From: Thermoproteota archaeon
GTDB taxonomy: Archaea; Korarchaeota; Korarchaeia; Korarchaeales; Korarchaeaceae
Reading direction: 5' to 3'
DNA length: 64,000 bases
Assembly (NCBI GenBank): GCA_027491435.1
Contig: JAOZFG010000035.1
Coordinates: forward strand, 1 to 64,000
Numbering within the stretch: position 1 is the first letter of the stretch; each line of letters starts with the position of its first letter. Below the pieces are notes generated by a model that saw only the letters and a program-made list of their open reading frames with translations, was not told the DNA's origin and did not search any database. The translations under genes and the position numbers were made by a program. Of this stretch, positions 9,997 through 18,413 are shown piece by piece.

Positions 9997-10518
9997 ATGT
10001 ACAAACTGTTAATAGCGTTAATGCTGCTGCTCCCCGTGAACGCCGTCCAGCTCAGGTTGGACGTCCCCCAGAGGGTGATCCCTGGAAGTGATGTCAAGGT
10101 GAAGATATTCATCAGAAACCCGGGGGGAGAAGAGGTTTTTGTGGAGGAAATTAGGGCAGAGATCTACTCGGAGAGGGTGTTCTGCCTCCCCTTGAAGGTC
10201 CCCCTAGGCCGCTACATACTGCCCTTACAGGTTAGGGTGCCTCCTGGAGAGGAGAGGGTTATCGAGAAGGTCCTTGAAGTCCCATACGTGCCCCTGGCGG
10301 GCGACTTTGAGGCCGATGTCAGGGCCTATGGGAGAGGCGAGCTCGGCTCCTGCTCCGTGAGGTTCTCCCTAGACTACACACCCCTATCTTTGGTAGTGGC
10401 TTTGATCCTCACAGCCGCTTTAGCGGGTATCTTGCTGACCGTTTATCGGAAACTGTCAGAAATAAGGGAGGAGATTAAGGAGAGAAGGAGGATAAATTTA
10501 TCCGTTATCGTCTCCTGA
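9997..10518 (+). CDS. Secreted/membrane protein with an Ig-like beta domain and C-terminal TM
   Basis: Signal peptide, beta-rich middle, C-terminal hydrophobic helix. Confidence 0.65.
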   Translation: MYKLLIALMLLLPVNAVQLRLDVPQRVIPGSDVKVKIFIRNPGGEEVFVEEIRAEIYSERVFCLPLKVPLGRYILPLQVRVPPGEERVIEKVLEVPYVPLAGDFEADVRAYGRGELGSCSVRFSLDYTPLSLVVALILTAALAGILLTVYRKLSEIREEIKERRRINLSVIVS

Positions 10519-10525
10519 ATTCACG

Positions 10526-11086
10526 ATGAGGGTCTCTGTCATCCTGGCTATAGTCTCTTTGACAGCCCTGATTTTCCTGCTCATGTGGAGTCAGCAGCCA
10601 GCCCCTCAACGGCCGGCTGCTGGGGAGGTGAGCAAGTTGGAGTTGAGGTCCGTCTTCGGCTATGGGGAGAGGATACCTGTCAAGTACACCTGTGACGGGG
10701 AGGATGTATCTCCTCCCCTCGAGTGGGAGCCCCTAAAAGGGGTGAAGTCTTACGCCCTCATAGTTGAGGACCCGGACGCCCCCATGGGCACCTTCACCCA
10801 CTGGGTCCTATACGACATCCCGGGAGACGTGAGGTCCTTGCCGGAGGGAGTTCCTAAGGAGGGGGAGACCCGATACGGGAAACAGGGATTGAACGACTTC
10901 GGGAGGATAGGTTATGGAGGCCCCTGTCCCCCTCCAGGGAAACCCCACCGCTACTTCTTCAAATTATACGCCTTGGACACCGTCCTCAACCTTAAGCCCG
11001 GGTTGAAGAGGGGCGAGGTGCTGGCAGCCATCAAGGGGCACGTAATAGCCCAGGCAGAGCTCATGGGAACCTATGGGAGAGGCTAG
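10526..11086 (+). CDS. YbhB/YbcL (PEBP, Raf kinase inhibitor-like) protein
   Basis: DPDAP, FTHW, GYGGPCPP and HRYFF motifs. Confidence 0.93.
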   Translation: MRVSVILAIVSLTALIFLLMWSQQPAPQRPAAGEVSKLELRSVFGYGERIPVKYTCDGEDVSPPLEWEPLKGVKSYALIVEDPDAPMGTFTHWVLYDIPGDVRSLPEGVPKEGETRYGKQGLNDFGRIGYGGPCPPPGKPHRYFFKLYALDTVLNLKPGLKRGEVLAAIKGHVIAQAELMGTYGRG

Positions 11087-11918
11087 CCACCGCCTCCAGG
11101 AACATCTCCCTCATTTTTAGGGCGTCCCTCTCCAACAAAGGGGATTCAGATACGACGAGCCATTTAGGCCTTACTTCAGCCATTATCTCAGCTAGAGGCC
11201 TGAAGTCCGGCCCGTAGCCTGAGCCTATCTCGTGATGCATCCTCTCACCGAAGCCAGACTTGGTGGGCTCGACCTCTGTGAAGTGTATCACTAGGCCGTC
11301 TAGGGTTCCTAGACCATCCTCTAGCTCTTGTATTACCCTCTCGTAATCTGCCTTACCCCTCAACACGCCCCCGTCCCTGACGTGAATGTGAGCGAAGTCA
11401 ACGGTGGGCACTACTAGATCCACTTCCTGTGCCATTCTTATGACGTCCTCTAGGGAGCCTATCTGAGATCTCTTACCAGTAGTTTCCGGCCCCAAGTCTA
11501 CCTCCAACCCCAGATCTCCCACCTCCTTGGCCACCTCAGATAGCTCCTTTATGGCCACCTTTAACGCCTCTTCCCTGCCCATAGACCCGTAATATCCTGT
11601 ATGAAACGTGACGTGTTTAGCTCCCATCTTATGAGCCGCTTTTGCCGCTCTGATTAACCTAAGAACGCTGGCCTTCCTCTTCTCATCGCTCTCAGACGCC
11701 AAGTTTATGGCGTAGGGGGCGTGAAGTGACAGGGCTATGTCGTTTTTCGACGCTTCCCTCCTTATCCATAGGAGGGTGGACTCCCTCCTGGGGATTGAGC
11801 GGACCGCCTGATATTCCATGCCGTCCAACCCTATCTCCTTCAGATATGAGAAGGCCCTCTCCTTTGGGGAATCTATCGGATAGCCTGCAGGCCCGAACCT
11901 CAACCTGTCCAGCTTCAT
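11061..11918 (-). CDS. nfo: Endonuclease IV family AP endonuclease
   Basis: SLHAPYAINL, FHTGYY, PETTGK, DFAHIH and ESP motifs. Confidence 0.88.
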   Translation of the reverse strand: MKLDRLRFGPAGYPIDSPKERAFSYLKEIGLDGMEYQAVRSIPRRESTLLWIRREASKNDIALSLHAPYAINLASESDEKRKASVLRLIRAAKAAHKMGAKHVTFHTGYYGSMGREEALKVAIKELSEVAKEVGDLGLEVDLGPETTGKRSQIGSLEDVIRMAQEVDLVVPTVDFAHIHVRDGGVLRGKADYERVIQELEDGLGTLDGLVIHFTEVEPTKSGFGERMHHEIGSGYGPDFRPLAEIMAEVRPKWLVVSESPLLERDALKMREMFLEAVASLSHRFP

Positions 11919-12491
11919 CTAGACACCCTGCGGGCATATTCCCAGGACCATCGAGACCGCCTTCCACCTGAGTTCCTCTATGGAGCCCGCGTTAACCAGG
12001 AAGTCGTCGGCCATCGCAATCGCATCCCCTAAGTGGAACATCACTATCTCTTTGTAATCCTCTTCCTGGAGTTTTTCAGCGCTTGAGACGTCGAAGCCCC
12101 TTCTACCTCTCTTCAGCAGCCTCAACAGCCTTATCTTCTTTGGGGCTAGTACTCCCAAGACCATTACCTGCTCCCCGAACCTCTTTTTAAACTCCAATAT
12201 TTCCTCTACATTCCTTATACCATTTATCACGTAGCTTCTGCCGTCTTCCATCTTCTCGATCACCAGCTTAGCTATTGCAGCCGGTCCCATTCTCTCCCTG
12301 AGCTCTATCCCCAGCTTCCTCATGTTCTCCCTGTTGACCTCCACTCCTCTTCTCTCCAGCTCCTCTCTTAGCACGTCGCTCATTCCCAGAATTTCGTAAC
12401 CCAGTTCCTCGCTAAGAGCCCTGGCAATTTCATCCTTCCCACTGCCTGGCAGTCCTACCAAGAGAACAACCCTTTTACCTAGCCCCTTCAT
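11919..12491 (-). CDS. Dephospho-CoA-kinase-like P-loop kinase (UPF0200 type)
   Basis: GLPGSGKD, MSDVLRE, INGIR and ADDFLVN motifs. Confidence 0.75.
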   Translation of the reverse strand: MKGLGKRVVLLVGLPGSGKDEIARALSEELGYEILGMSDVLREELERRGVEVNRENMRKLGIELRERMGPAAIAKLVIEKMEDGRSYVINGIRNVEEILEFKKRFGEQVMVLGVLAPKKIRLLRLLKRGRRGFDVSSAEKLQEEDYKEIVMFHLGDAIAMADDFLVNAGSIEELRWKAVSMVLGICPQGV

Positions 12492-12556
12492 GCATTTACC
12501 CTTAGTAGGTGATCACCCTTTATTAAAAACGGGACCTCCTATCCCTGGGGAAAAAC

Positions 12557-13375
12557 ATGATAACTGTGATAGAGGTCAGCGCCGTAAGCGACAATGAAGG
12601 TATAATACCCTTCTCGGGTCCCCCCTTTAGGAAGGCCTTGGTGAGCTCCCTCTCGTCCCAGGACCCATTAGTGGCCAGAGTAGTCGAGATGCACTCTAAC
12701 AAGCTCATTGTGACCCCCCTTCTTAGAGATAAGGACTACGTGACCTGCGGCTACCAAGAGGAGATAGTCTATCCAGGGGTTACCTACAGGGGGAGGGTGG
12801 TTATACTCGGGGAGGAGCTCGTTAACCCAGTGAAGGGTTGGCTCTACAAGAAGCCAACCATAAAGATAGGGGAGGTCTCCTTTAGGGTATCCGGCTATTC
12901 AGTCACTCAGAAGGACGTCAGGGAGTTTATCCAGGAGAAGCCCTGCAAGAACTTCAGGATAAGGTTCAAGACCCCCACGTGTTTTAGGAGGGCTACTACA
13001 CCTTACTGCAGCCTCTACCCCAGAATGGGCCAGATAGTGGCATCCGCAATGAGGTCTTGGAATCAGGTGGCCCCTGACGACTTAAAAATAAGGGATTACA
13101 GGATCCTCACGGTGTGGTCTGACCTCAGCGTCGTCGAAACCGGCTACAACCTGTGTACAACGAAGCCTGTGGAGATAGGGGAGGGAAGGGGAATAGTGGG
13201 CTTCGTTGGGTGGGTTAACTACAAGGTTGTTGACCATCCGGAGTGGCACGCCGGGAGCCATGAGGAGATGACGACTTGGATGAACACCCTGCTGACCTTC
13301 GCCAGCTACATAGGTGTAGGCTACTTAAGGAGGGCTGGTTTTGGTGTAATATCGTACGAGGTTAAAAGAAGCTGA
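12557..13375 (+). CDS. cas6: CRISPR-associated endoribonuclease Cas6 (orphan)
   Basis: C-terminal G-rich loop GVGYLRRAGFG (GhGx5GhG), FKTPTCF and GFVGWVNY motifs, His at position 46, 272 aa. Confidence 0.85.
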   Translation: MITVIEVSAVSDNEGIIPFSGPPFRKALVSSLSSQDPLVARVVEMHSNKLIVTPLLRDKDYVTCGYQEEIVYPGVTYRGRVVILGEELVNPVKGWLYKKPTIKIGEVSFRVSGYSVTQKDVREFIQEKPCKNFRIRFKTPTCFRRATTPYCSLYPRMGQIVASAMRSWNQVAPDDLKIRDYRILTVWSDLSVVETGYNLCTTKPVEIGEGRGIVGFVGWVNYKVVDHPEWHAGSHEEMTTWMNTLLTFASYIGVGYLRRAGFGVISYEVKRS

Positions 13376-13774
13376 TTATGGGACCGTGAGGACGGCCCTC
13401 TCTGTGAGCAGGATGCCGCTCCTCAACTCCATGGCCTGATAATCCCTGGCCCTAAATATTTCCTTTAGCTCCCAGAAGACCTGCCAGGTGCTTTCGGGGT
13501 CCTTGCACGAGGATACCGTGACGGTTACCTTCCCCTGGTCTGGCCAAGTGTGCACGGCCACGTGCGACTCCCCTATAATGGCTATGCTCAGCACCCCTCC
13601 TTCATCCCTCTTCATAGTGAGCACTTCAAATAGGGTTAGCCCAGACCTTATCACGGAGGTTACCACCGCCTCCTGCACGAACTCCTGGTCGTTCAGCATG
13701 GCAGGGTCGACACCAACCATCTCACCGATCACGTGGAACTCGAAGGCCTCTACCATTTTCCACCGCACCTCCAC
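13376..13774 (-). CDS. speD: Pyruvoyl-dependent S-adenosylmethionine/arginine decarboxylase proenzyme (SpeD/SpeH family)
   Basis: GE|SHVAVHTWP autocleavage motif and a downstream Cys; real start may be the ATG at 13756. Confidence 0.75.
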   Translation of the reverse strand: MEVRWKMVEAFEFHVIGEMVGVDPAMLNDQEFVQEAVVTSVIRSGLTLFEVLTMKRDEGGVLSIAIIGESHVAVHTWPDQGKVTVTVSSCKDPESTWQVFWELKEIFRARDYQAMELRSGILLTERAVLTVP

Positions 13775-13850
13775 CTTCCTCCGGTTCTAAACATACAACT
13801 CCTCTTTAAAAACATTATGGGAAGCCAGCTCCTTCATTATCTCGCTTAGA

Positions 13851-14060
13851 TTAACTCTTAGAATATGATTCCAAGCTTCATGAAGTCCTCTAATAGGTTC
13901 TATATTAACTTAAACGGTAAAGATAATGGTTTCAGGCCTGTAAGCGGCTCTAATATGAGCTGAAGCCCAGTTAACGACTCAGAATATGAATTTCTTTAAT
14001 TAAACGTCTCTTATAAGGCTCTTTTTGCCGTAAAAGCAGTAGATTGTGCCCAGATTGTCA
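13851..14060. repeat. Degenerate tandem array, 7 x 30 bp, consensus about TWAACGNCTCWNATAWG followed by a variable 13 nt
   Basis: Gap-free alignment at 13851, 13881, 13911, 13941, 13971, 14001 and 14031: T1, A3 and A13 in 7/7; A4 and T14 in 6/7; C5, G6 and A15 in 5/7. Stops in all six frames. Confidence 0.7.
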
Positions 14061-14070
14061 AGTTGGATCA

Positions 14071-14138
14071 GGAGGGGGGTAGGGGGGGAGGGTGGGTTAA
14101 TATAGTCCCCCCCTGGGCCGGGAGGGGGGAGGAGGGGG
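14071..14138. other. G-tract/C-tract element around a TATA-like box
   Basis: Runs G6, G7, G3, G3, then TTAATATA, C7, G3, G3, G6, G5; AGGGGGGGA (14081-14089) is complementary to TCCCCCCCT (14106-14114). Confidence 0.75.
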
Positions 14139-14159
14139 TCATTAGAAAGTTCGGTCATA

Positions 14160-15239
14160 TCAGAAGTAACCCTCTAAGCTCCCGCTGACCCTAGAGTACT
14201 CCCCTCCCACACTCCTGATGAGCCTTTCAAGGAACCTGCTTTGTCTGTTAAGCTCCGGCTCCCCCCTAATAGCCAGCTCATTTGCCTTCATCCACCTTGA
14301 GATTATCTTGTTTACGCCATTGTAGGTCAGCTCTTTCCACTTAACTGGATCGTCGAGGGGCGCGGGCTCCTCGTCCAGGGAAATCCTGCCCATCTCTTGG
14401 TAGACTTCCCCCATGAAGGACTCGCCCGTCTGCCTCCTGTTTAGCAGGTAGGATATCCAGTCTAGGACTAGCTCAACCTTCACCTCAGCCTTCAAATTCC
14501 ATGGTGAGATTTGAAAGGTCTCCTCCCTGAGGGCCACGAACTCGTCCACCCTGACCAGCTCGTTGTACTTGTCGAACTCCTGCTGTGCCTGTTCCTCGAT
14601 AACCCTTATAGCCTCTAGGGGGAGGGAAAACTCCTTTGAAAAATCGCTAACGTTCCACCTTCCCAGAAACACGTTTATTCTGCCGCCAGCTTCCATCTCA
14701 ACGTCAGGAAGCAGCGGAGGAATCCTCCTAGCTAGCTTAAGTATCTCCTCAGGCCTCCTCTCCCCGACTACAGCCGAAGTTCCCCTCGACCCCTCGCTCC
14801 ACAGCCCATCCAGGTTTTCATAAGTCTCAAAGACGTCCTTGAACAGGTTAGAGTTGGCTATGACTTTTTTGGCCACGTCAAAGGAGGGGCCCGGCCTTAC
14901 CATTATCAGGGGATCCTGGCCGAAGGCCGCCGACGTGCCCCTGCCGGCTATCCTTCCGAGGAGCCAAATGGAGTCTATGACCCTCCACCCGTCTCCAAAC
15001 TCGATGGCCACAAACGGGTCCACCCTGCCGTATGTGCCCCCCCTCTCTAGAGAGGACTCTGTCCTTAAAAGCAGGCCTATCTTGACCTGATGACCTTTAA
15101 GCTTCAAATTCCTGAAAGCGTAAATGAAGAGGCCAGCTCCCAGGTCCAAAATCCAGGGAGATTTCTCATTGAGGGAATTTAGCAGATAGGTGGAATACTC
15201 GTGCCTCATCATTTCAATCTTCATTATTACCCGGGCCAC
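14160..15239 (-). CDS. Hypothetical soluble protein, 359 aa
   Basis: Long ORF with host-like codon use, GGGGAGG before the GTG, upstream TATA near 15270; no motif recognised. Confidence 0.75.
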   Translation of the reverse strand: MARVIMKIEMMRHEYSTYLLNSLNEKSPWILDLGAGLFIYAFRNLKLKGHQVKIGLLLRTESSLERGGTYGRVDPFVAIEFGDGWRVIDSIWLLGRIAGRGTSAAFGQDPLIMVRPGPSFDVAKKVIANSNLFKDVFETYENLDGLWSEGSRGTSAVVGERRPEEILKLARRIPPLLPDVEMEAGGRINVFLGRWNVSDFSKEFSLPLEAIRVIEEQAQQEFDKYNELVRVDEFVALREETFQISPWNLKAEVKVELVLDWISYLLNRRQTGESFMGEVYQEMGRISLDEEPAPLDDPVKWKELTYNGVNKIISRWMKANELAIRGEPELNRQSRFLERLIRSVGGEYSRVSGSLEGYF

Positions 15240-15406
15240 CTCCCCTCATCAATACGGAGGGCAATAGTATATAAGCAATCTCCCGGTTTAAATTGGACAC
15301 TTAGCTTAAAATCGATTAGGGATGCTCCCGAACTCCGGCCCGGCGCGGCCCGGCAGTTCCCTGGAAAAGGTTAAAGATTTCAAGTAGGATATCGGGCGGT
15401 GGTCCC

Positions 15407-16054
15407 ATGAAGATCGTCCTGCTTGGACGGCCTGGGGCGGGCAAGGGCACCCAAGGGAAGAGAATTAGTGAAACGTTTAACGTACCCCTTCTGGTAATGA
15501 GGGAGATCTTAGAAGCTGAGATCGAGAGAGGGGGTGATCTAGGGGAGAGGATAAGGGGGTACATGCTGGAAGGGAAGCTCGTGCCTGACGAAATAATATT
15601 TGAAGTGTTGAGGAGGGAGCTCTCTTCAAGAGATAGTTTCATCTTAGACGGCTTTCCTAGGACGATTAGACAGGCTGAATGGTTAGACAAAGTGCTCTCA
15701 AGTGATGGCGGGCTGACAGCTGCCCTCTACTTAGAGGTGGATGAGATAAACGTGTTGAGGAGGATCATGGGGAGGCTCAGGTGCAAGTGGTGCGGCCGGT
15801 ATTATAACGTCTTCTTCGACCCGCCCGAGGACATCAGGCGTTGTGAATGTGGCGGCCCGCTCTACCAGCGGGAGGACGACAGATATGAGGTGATAAAGAA
15901 GAGGTTGGACGTGTTTAACGAAGAAACCGCCCCGATCATAGAGTATTATGAGAGGCAGGGGAAGCTTGTTAGGGTAGATGCCAACGAGAACGACATAGAT
16001 GCCGTGTGGAGGAGGGTTAAGGAGGCCGTCGAGGCGCTGACCTCTCATCAGTAA
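15407..16054 (+). CDS. adk: Adenylate kinase (bacterial type, zinc lid)
   Basis: GRPGAGKGT, LVPDE, ILDGFPRT, CKWC...CEC and REDD motifs. Confidence 0.92.
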   Translation: MKIVLLGRPGAGKGTQGKRISETFNVPLLVMREILEAEIERGGDLGERIRGYMLEGKLVPDEIIFEVLRRELSSRDSFILDGFPRTIRQAEWLDKVLSSDGGLTAALYLEVDEINVLRRIMGRLRCKWCGRYYNVFFDPPEDIRRCECGGPLYQREDDRYEVIKKRLDVFNEETAPIIEYYERQGKLVRVDANENDIDAVWRRVKEAVEALTSHQ

Positions 16055-16084
16055 AATTTATTCCCCCTTTAGGTACTGACATAT

Positions 16085-17521
16085 ATGCCTTGGGATAAGC
16101 TGGCTAACGCCGATATAGCGTACACGTTTGGAGACGTGATACTGCTCCCCGGAAAGACCGAAATTGAGCCGTCTGAGGTGGATGTATCGACCCGGATCGG
16201 CCCTATGAGCTTTCACATACCCTTGATTTCATCCCCAATGGACACGGTGACTGAAACCGAGATGGCCATAGCGATGGCCAGGCTAGGGGGGCTAGGGATT
16301 GTACACAGGAACTGCTCAGTTGAGGAGCAAGTGGCCATGGTGAAGGCCGTAAAGAGGGCTGAATCCTTCATAATAAGGGACGTTGTGACGGTCAGCCCTG
16401 AGGACACGGTAGAGAGGGCTAAGACGATAATGAAGGAGATGAGGATTTCCGGACTTCCCGTAGTCGAGGACGGCAGGTTGAAGGGTATCTTAACCAGAAG
16501 GGACATATACTTCGCTGAAAACGGCAGGTACAAGGTTAAGGAGGTGATGACTAAAGACGTCATAACTGTGACGGAAGATATCACCCCAGAGGAGGCTAGG
16601 AAGATAATGGCCAAACACAAGATAGAGAAGCTGCCTGTAATAGACTCTGAGGGAAGGCTCATAGGGCTCATAACGGCCAAGGACGTGTTCGCCAGGGAGT
16701 CGTTCCCGTTTGCCTCCCGAGATAAGGAGGGAAGGTTGAGGGTAGGGGCTGCCATCTCCCCGTTCGACCTGGAGAGGGCAAAGGCCCTAGAGCCTTATGT
16801 GGACGTCTTGGTCACCGACGTCGCTCACTTTCATAACGAGAACGTGATAAGGGCTGCTAAGAGGGTGCAGGATGAGGTGTCGGTACCCCTTATAGTGGGC
16901 AACTTGGGGACTTACGAGGCCGCCGAAGAGGTCCTCACCAGGTTAGACCCCATAGGCCTCAGAGTAGGCATAGCCAGTGGGAGCATATGCACCACCGGCG
17001 AGGTTACAGGGGTCGCCGCTCCAACTCTCTATGCTGTAGCCAAAGTGTCAGACGCCGTCCTTAATTACGGAGCTGACGTAGCTGTAATAGCGGATGGAGG
17101 TATAAGAGGGCCTGCTGAGGCTGCCAAGGCCTTCGCCGTTGGAGCCGATGCTGTCATGCTTGGCTACGCTCTAGCCGGAACTAAGGAGTCTCCGGGATCC
17201 CCAATAATAGTCGGGGGCAAGATGTACAAGATGTACAGAGGTATGGGAAGTCCCTCAGCTAGGGCTAAGAGGTTCGCTTTGGACAGGTATAGCAAACCCG
17301 CCAAGGGGATACCTGAGGGGATAGAGGGGCTGGTTCCCTACAGGGGGGACGTGGCAACTGTAGTTAATGAGTTCGTCGCCGGTCTGAAGGCGGCCTTCGG
17401 TTACGTTGGAGCTGCCAACATAAAGGGGATGAAGGAGAAGGCCAGGCTTGCCATCGTTACCTCAATAGGTAAAAAAGAAATAGCCCCTCACGACGTTAAG
17501 CCCATGGAAACCAGGCCTTGA
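16085..17521 (+). CDS. guaB: IMP dehydrogenase with CBS pair
   Basis: SSPMDTVTE, GSICTT, IADGGI, YRGMGS and PEGIEG motifs. Confidence 0.95.
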   Translation: MPWDKLANADIAYTFGDVILLPGKTEIEPSEVDVSTRIGPMSFHIPLISSPMDTVTETEMAIAMARLGGLGIVHRNCSVEEQVAMVKAVKRAESFIIRDVVTVSPEDTVERAKTIMKEMRISGLPVVEDGRLKGILTRRDIYFAENGRYKVKEVMTKDVITVTEDITPEEARKIMAKHKIEKLPVIDSEGRLIGLITAKDVFARESFPFASRDKEGRLRVGAAISPFDLERAKALEPYVDVLVTDVAHFHNENVIRAAKRVQDEVSVPLIVGNLGTYEAAEEVLTRLDPIGLRVGIASGSICTTGEVTGVAAPTLYAVAKVSDAVLNYGADVAVIADGGIRGPAEAAKAFAVGADAVMLGYALAGTKESPGSPIIVGGKMYKMYRGMGSPSARAKRFALDRYSKPAKGIPEGIEGLVPYRGDVATVVNEFVAGLKAAFGYVGAANIKGMKEKARLAIVTSIGKKEIAPHDVKPMETRP

Positions 17522-17831
17522 GCTTCGAACCTTTAAGTATCCCCCGCGACTCCCTAATGCTCCCTCCCTTTCCTCAAAATTATTTAAATAGGTTACCCGA
17601 TTGACGCTTAAGCAATTAGTTAACCTCCGCCATCAGCCCTTATCATTATTAATTTTCCCCATGAAATCGACGGAAGAGGGGTTAGCGAGACGCACTCCGT
17701 TCCATTCCACGTATCGCTTAAGACGAGCTCTTAACGTTCCATGGGGCTTGAAGTTACATCAACGTTGCAGAGTAAGGTTCAGGGGGATGAAATCGAAAAG
17801 TTGATATATCCAGGAGCGGAATCCCGGTCTC

Positions 17832-18413
17832 ATGGCCGGGATAATGGGTGTGACCGGAGTAGAGCTGCTACCGCTGGGTAAGCTGGCAATCTCTGCGTCC
17901 CTGCTGCTGATTGGTTACCTAGTGGGAAAGCTCTCCAGCTCCTTCATCAAGGCGACAGTTGACCTCATGGGCCTTGACAAGTGGTTGAGGATGAAGGGGT
18001 TCGTCGAGGTTGAGGGGGTGACCGTATCCCGGCTCCTCTCCTTCCTGATGAGGTGGTTCTCCTACCTGCTGTTCCTGAACTTGGCCCTCTCCCTGTGGAT
18101 GGACCTGTCCCTAATGGATCTCTTCATGATCTACGGTAGGGTGTCCGCTCTTCTGGTCTCCCTATACCTATCCCTCTCTTTCATCTACTCTTTAAGGGAG
18201 AGGTTCAAGGAGGGGCCTCTCAGGGCCCTAATTTACAGCCTGTCCAACCTGTCCTCAGTTGCACTCGTCTGGGTGCTTGTCTCGGTGCTATTACTGGGAA
18301 TTGACACTGCAACAGTGCTTAACGTCACCTTCTACCTGATTGTGAGCTTTCTAATACCGTTCAGCGCCATATTTGGGGCGTATACTGCGATTAAGGTGTT
18401 CAGGAAGGGTTGA
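17832..18413 (+). CDS. Membrane protein (resembles CmpX/MscS TM-helix proteins)
   Basis: About 5 hydrophobic segments; GYLVGK and GLDKWL pattern. Confidence 0.55.
   Translation: MAGIMGVTGVELLPLGKLAISASLLLIGYLVGKLSSSFIKATVDLMGLDKWLRMKGFVEVEGVTVSRLLSFLMRWFSYLLFLNLALSLWMDLSLMDLFMIYGRVSALLVSLYLSLSFIYSLRERFKEGPLRALIYSLSNLSSVALVWVLVSVLLLGIDTATVLNVTFYLIVSFLIPFSAIFGAYTAIKVFRKG

Noticed and set aside
13780-14160. Canonical CRISPR array beside cas6
   Set aside because: No near-identical 24-40 nt repeats with 30-45 nt spacers; the period is only 30 nt and degenerate. Reported separately as an array.
15355-15370. GTTCCCTGGAAAAGG as an ORB element (similarly TTCCTGGAAAT near 30867)
   Set aside because: Spacing differs from TTCCAGTGGAAA, copies are isolated, and there is no cdc6/orc1 in the window.
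17601-17804. 67-aa ORF and a short palindrome in the guaB downstream gap
   Set aside because: TTG start with no RBS and atypical codons. TTAAGA-CGAGC-TCTTAA and the doubled ATGAAATCGA are too short to distinguish from chance.
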